A stretch of 63,866 bases of DNA, the filler included, from Octopus bimaculoides (lineage: Eukaryota), in the NCBI RefSeq assembly GCF_001194135.2. It is 7 parts of 5 records of this genome, joined end to end, with 100 filler letters (N's around TTAATTAATTAA, not from the genome) between each part and the next. Parts side by side here need not be neighbours in the genome. Positions count along the whole stretch, not along the records: positions 55,373 to 62,657 come from NC_068984.1; positions 62,758 to 63,866 come from NC_068996.1; 5 more parts are not named here. One strand, written 5' to 3'. The translations under genes and the position numbers were made by a program. Positions 61,021 through 63,866 of the stretch are shown here, piece after piece; the first letter of the stretch is position 1, and every line of letters begins with the position of its first letter. Under the pieces are notes generated by a model. That model was not told the origin of the DNA. It saw only the letters and a program-made list of their open reading frames with translations, and did not search any database.

Positions 61021-62022
61021 CGTCTGTCTGTCTGTCTGTCTGTCTATCTAATGTTAATATAGTGAAATAACATCAATCGAGATTAGAAAAACATCGTCCT
61101 ATGTGTAGCAAAGATAAAAATCAGACTACGTAGTCTTCATTCTTTTCTCTCTAATTCTGTCTGTACGTCGAGCAGTCTGACTGTTTGAATGCGTGTATGC
61201 CTGTCCGTCTATTTGTTTATGTATTTATCTATAAATCTATCAATCTAATCTCGTTCAGTCTATCTCTGTCTCATTGTTATTAACGGCTCAAGCGAAATAA
61301 TACAGCATAAAATGACAATCGAATTGGAGTTGTCGCTTGAGTTCATTGAAAGTCATTCTTTACTCCTTAGCACTCTCCACTCACTAATTGCCACCATTAA
61401 TTCTCAAGAAATGAACACAACACAATGTAATTATTCAGGGAACACGACTTGTATGGCAATGTAGTTAAAAAGCTCTCTTCTCAATTGCAGTTTGGCTTGC
61501 AGCTCAAATTGCACAGCGAATCTTTAACAGCTCGGTCTTGCCTACTTTCATAATCTCTTTCCCTACCTCTTTAATCTCCCTCCTCCTCCCTATTTATATA
61601 CGTGAATATGTGTGTGCGTGTGTGTGTAGTTGTATGTATTTATATACATGAATATTCGAATGTTGTATTTGATGCTACTCAATAATGTAAACTTTATCAG
61701 TGTCACGTACTTCGTGTATGTGTGTTGTTAAACGCTAGTACAAGCAGATTTTCGTTTACGGTATATCCCTTCCAAAATGTACGTTGATAAAATAAAACAC
61801 AATACAGTATAAGGCATCGATAAGCAGCAGAAACTGTGAAATGTCGTTATCTGCAATTTTGTCCACTTCCGAGGCGGTTTCGTTCCGCTTCACTTTGTGA
61901 TATTTTTTTCAACACTATACTTCACTGAAAGTTTTCCCTGACGAAAGATCACTTTAGAGATGTATTTGTACTAGCGTTTCACAACACACTTATATTAAGT
62001 ATGTCATATCTATCTATCTATC

Positions 62023-62072
<50 letters not shown>

Positions 62073-62142
62073 CCTATCTATCTATGTCCATCCACTCTCT
62101 CTCTCTCTCTCTCTCTCTCTNNNNNNNNNNTATATATATATA

Positions 62143-62358
62143 CACGACGGGTTGCTGAAAAGTTCCTGGTTTGGGGTAAAAGAAAACACAAAAGAAAATA
62201 TATAACGATTTTATTCAACATTTTCTCCTTTCAGATTCACATACTTATTGCAGCGGTCCTTCAGTTTTTCTAAGCCCTGTAAAAGAACTGGGAATGTTAG
62301 ACCTTCAACCAGGCCTTCCGTAACAACCTTAAGGTCAGAAACTTTTCAGCACCCCTCG
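62143..62358. mobile_element. Mariner-derived MITE
   Basis: Termini CACGACGGGTTGCTGAAAAGTTCCTG and CAGAAACTTTTCAGCACCCCTCG, with TA flanks. Confidence 0.8.
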
Positions 62359-62757
62359 TACGCGCGCGCACACGTGTGTATGTATATATGTGTTTGTATA
62401 TATACATATGTGTATGTGTATGTCTATATATATGTATGTATATATATACATATATACATATATATATATATATTATCTATTTAATTTACGACTATTAGTA
62501 TTATTATTTATTTATTATATATTAGAATTTAATATTTATTAATATGTTTTATAAGATAACTATAGTTTTTTGTTCTTTTTATGTTGTTAGTTATATACAT
62601 TTTAAATTTTTCATTCGTTTATTTAAGTATTATTATTTCATTCATGCTTTCGTATTCNNNNNNNNNNNNNNNNNNNNNNNNNNNNNNNNNNNNNNNNNNN
62701 NTTAATTAATTAANNNNNNNNNNNNNNNNNNNNNNNNNNNNNNNNNNNNNNNNNNNN

Positions 62758-63430
62758 GTACAGGGTGCAATGGGTAAATTGTTGACATTATATATTTTTA
62801 ATTTCACGTATGCGCATTGTTTGTTTTTGATTTTGTAGACTACACAGTATAGTAGGGTCAGTTGGGCACTATCTGGGAGAAAAACAGCACCATAATGCAA
62901 TTCACTCTGCCAGAAATTTGGCAACGACATGTACTGCTTGGTATTCACACAGGAAGCTCCAATACGAACATTTCAGAGAATTTGGGTGTCAATATGAGGA
63001 TAGTGCAGAGGATTCAGAAAGAGTTGGATGAATTGAATGGTGATTGCAAAGGTCTTCGGAGTCTTCAATAGTGATGGCGACATTATGGCTCCATTCATCT
63101 TCCCATATGGCCTCAGAATCAACACAGAGGCTTACATCAAGTGCCTGGATGAGGTAGTGCTGCCCTGTGTCAAAAGGGTGACTGCTGGAAGACCCTATAT
63201 CTAGCAACAGAACTCTGCACTATGCCACACAAATAGGAGAACCCAATCAAGGCTGTCAGACAATTTCTGCAACCGCATCACTCCTAACATCTGGCCACCT
63301 AACTCCCCAGACTGCAATCCCCTTGATTATTATGTGTTGGACACAGTTGAGCGAGAGACCAACAAAACTCCTTGTAACACCAAAGATGATCTGAAGGCAA
63401 GGATTCACCAACTTAAACAAAGAGACCATC
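62758..63430 (+). mobile_element. maT (DD37D) deletion derivative
   Basis: HTH part MQFTLPEIWQRHVLLGIHTGSSNTNISENLGVNMRIVQRIQKEL is fused to SDGDIMAPFIFP..QQNSALCHT..IWPPNSPDCNPLDYY. There are 37 residues between the (mutated) second Asp and the third Asp. Confidence 0.88.
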
Positions 63431-63599
63431 TTTCTGAAGTTTCTGGCTTTACAGTTTGTTTGTGGGCTAAATCTACATACAGTACAGTTCCTATCAGTAC
63501 AGGGTGTTCTACTGAATACAGATAATACAAGCACTCCCCATACACACACACGCACTTAGTAAACATAGACAAACATAGAGGGAGACACATGCGCAAATA

Positions 63600-63829
63600 T
63601 AGACACATGCAATAGGAATACAAATATATATATATTTATAGGGAGAATTCACAAAAAAGCAACAGACAACGACAGGTGGTGTAGAAAACAAACAGATGTA
63701 TTAGTATAACGCTAGGGAATTGAAAAAGTCTTTAACGTTTCGAGCCTACGCTCTCAACCAGAAAGGAACACAGAAAGAAACAAGGAGAGGAAATAAAGAA
63801 TGTATGTAGTGGTTAGCGATCTATCATGG

Positions 63830-63832
<3 letters not shown>
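63600..63832 (-). mobile_element. Penelope-like terminal repeat fragment
   Basis: Minus strand GAGCGTAGGCTCGAAACGT (hairpin plus GAAAC), a motif typical of Penelope pseudo-LTRs. No ORF. Confidence 0.45.

Positions 63833-63866
<34 letters not shown>

Overview
AT-rich animal genomic DNA, almost certainly from an octopus, judged from SINE families recognised from memory rather than by database search. There are no prokaryotic features, CRISPR arrays, rRNA or bona fide tRNA genes. The window is not contiguous: six identical 100-bp spacers (44 N + TTAATTAATTAA + 44 N) join seven scaffolds (1-23276, 23377-38551, 38652-45404, 45505-53510, 53611-55272, 55373-62657, 62758-63866), so nothing should be linked across them. 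Most sequence is transposon debris and microsatellite. DNA transposons: a full-length D34D mariner, a Tc1, a near-complete piggyBac, a pogo-like deletion derivative, two DD37D maT copies, a Helitron fragment and several MITEs. Retroelements: R4/Dong-type restriction-like-endonuclease (RLE) LINEs, L1/Tx1, RTE and RTE-X fragments, and many tRNA-derived SINEs. Most ORF-track entries are microsatellite, N-run or antisense artefacts. Best leads: (1) two or three spliceable + strand exons at 49849-50752 encoding a polytopic membrane segment that resembles gustatory-receptor-like/DUF3537 7TM ion channels; (2) a type I hammerhead ribozyme core inside a 121-nt foldback at 36696-36816; (3) an RLE LINE associated with (CATA)n; (4) Dong-like LINEs stacked at (TAA)n, partly on SINE tails; (5) a helically phased array of five CRE-like sites at 31196-31290. 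Repeat boundaries without a TIR or TSD are approximate.
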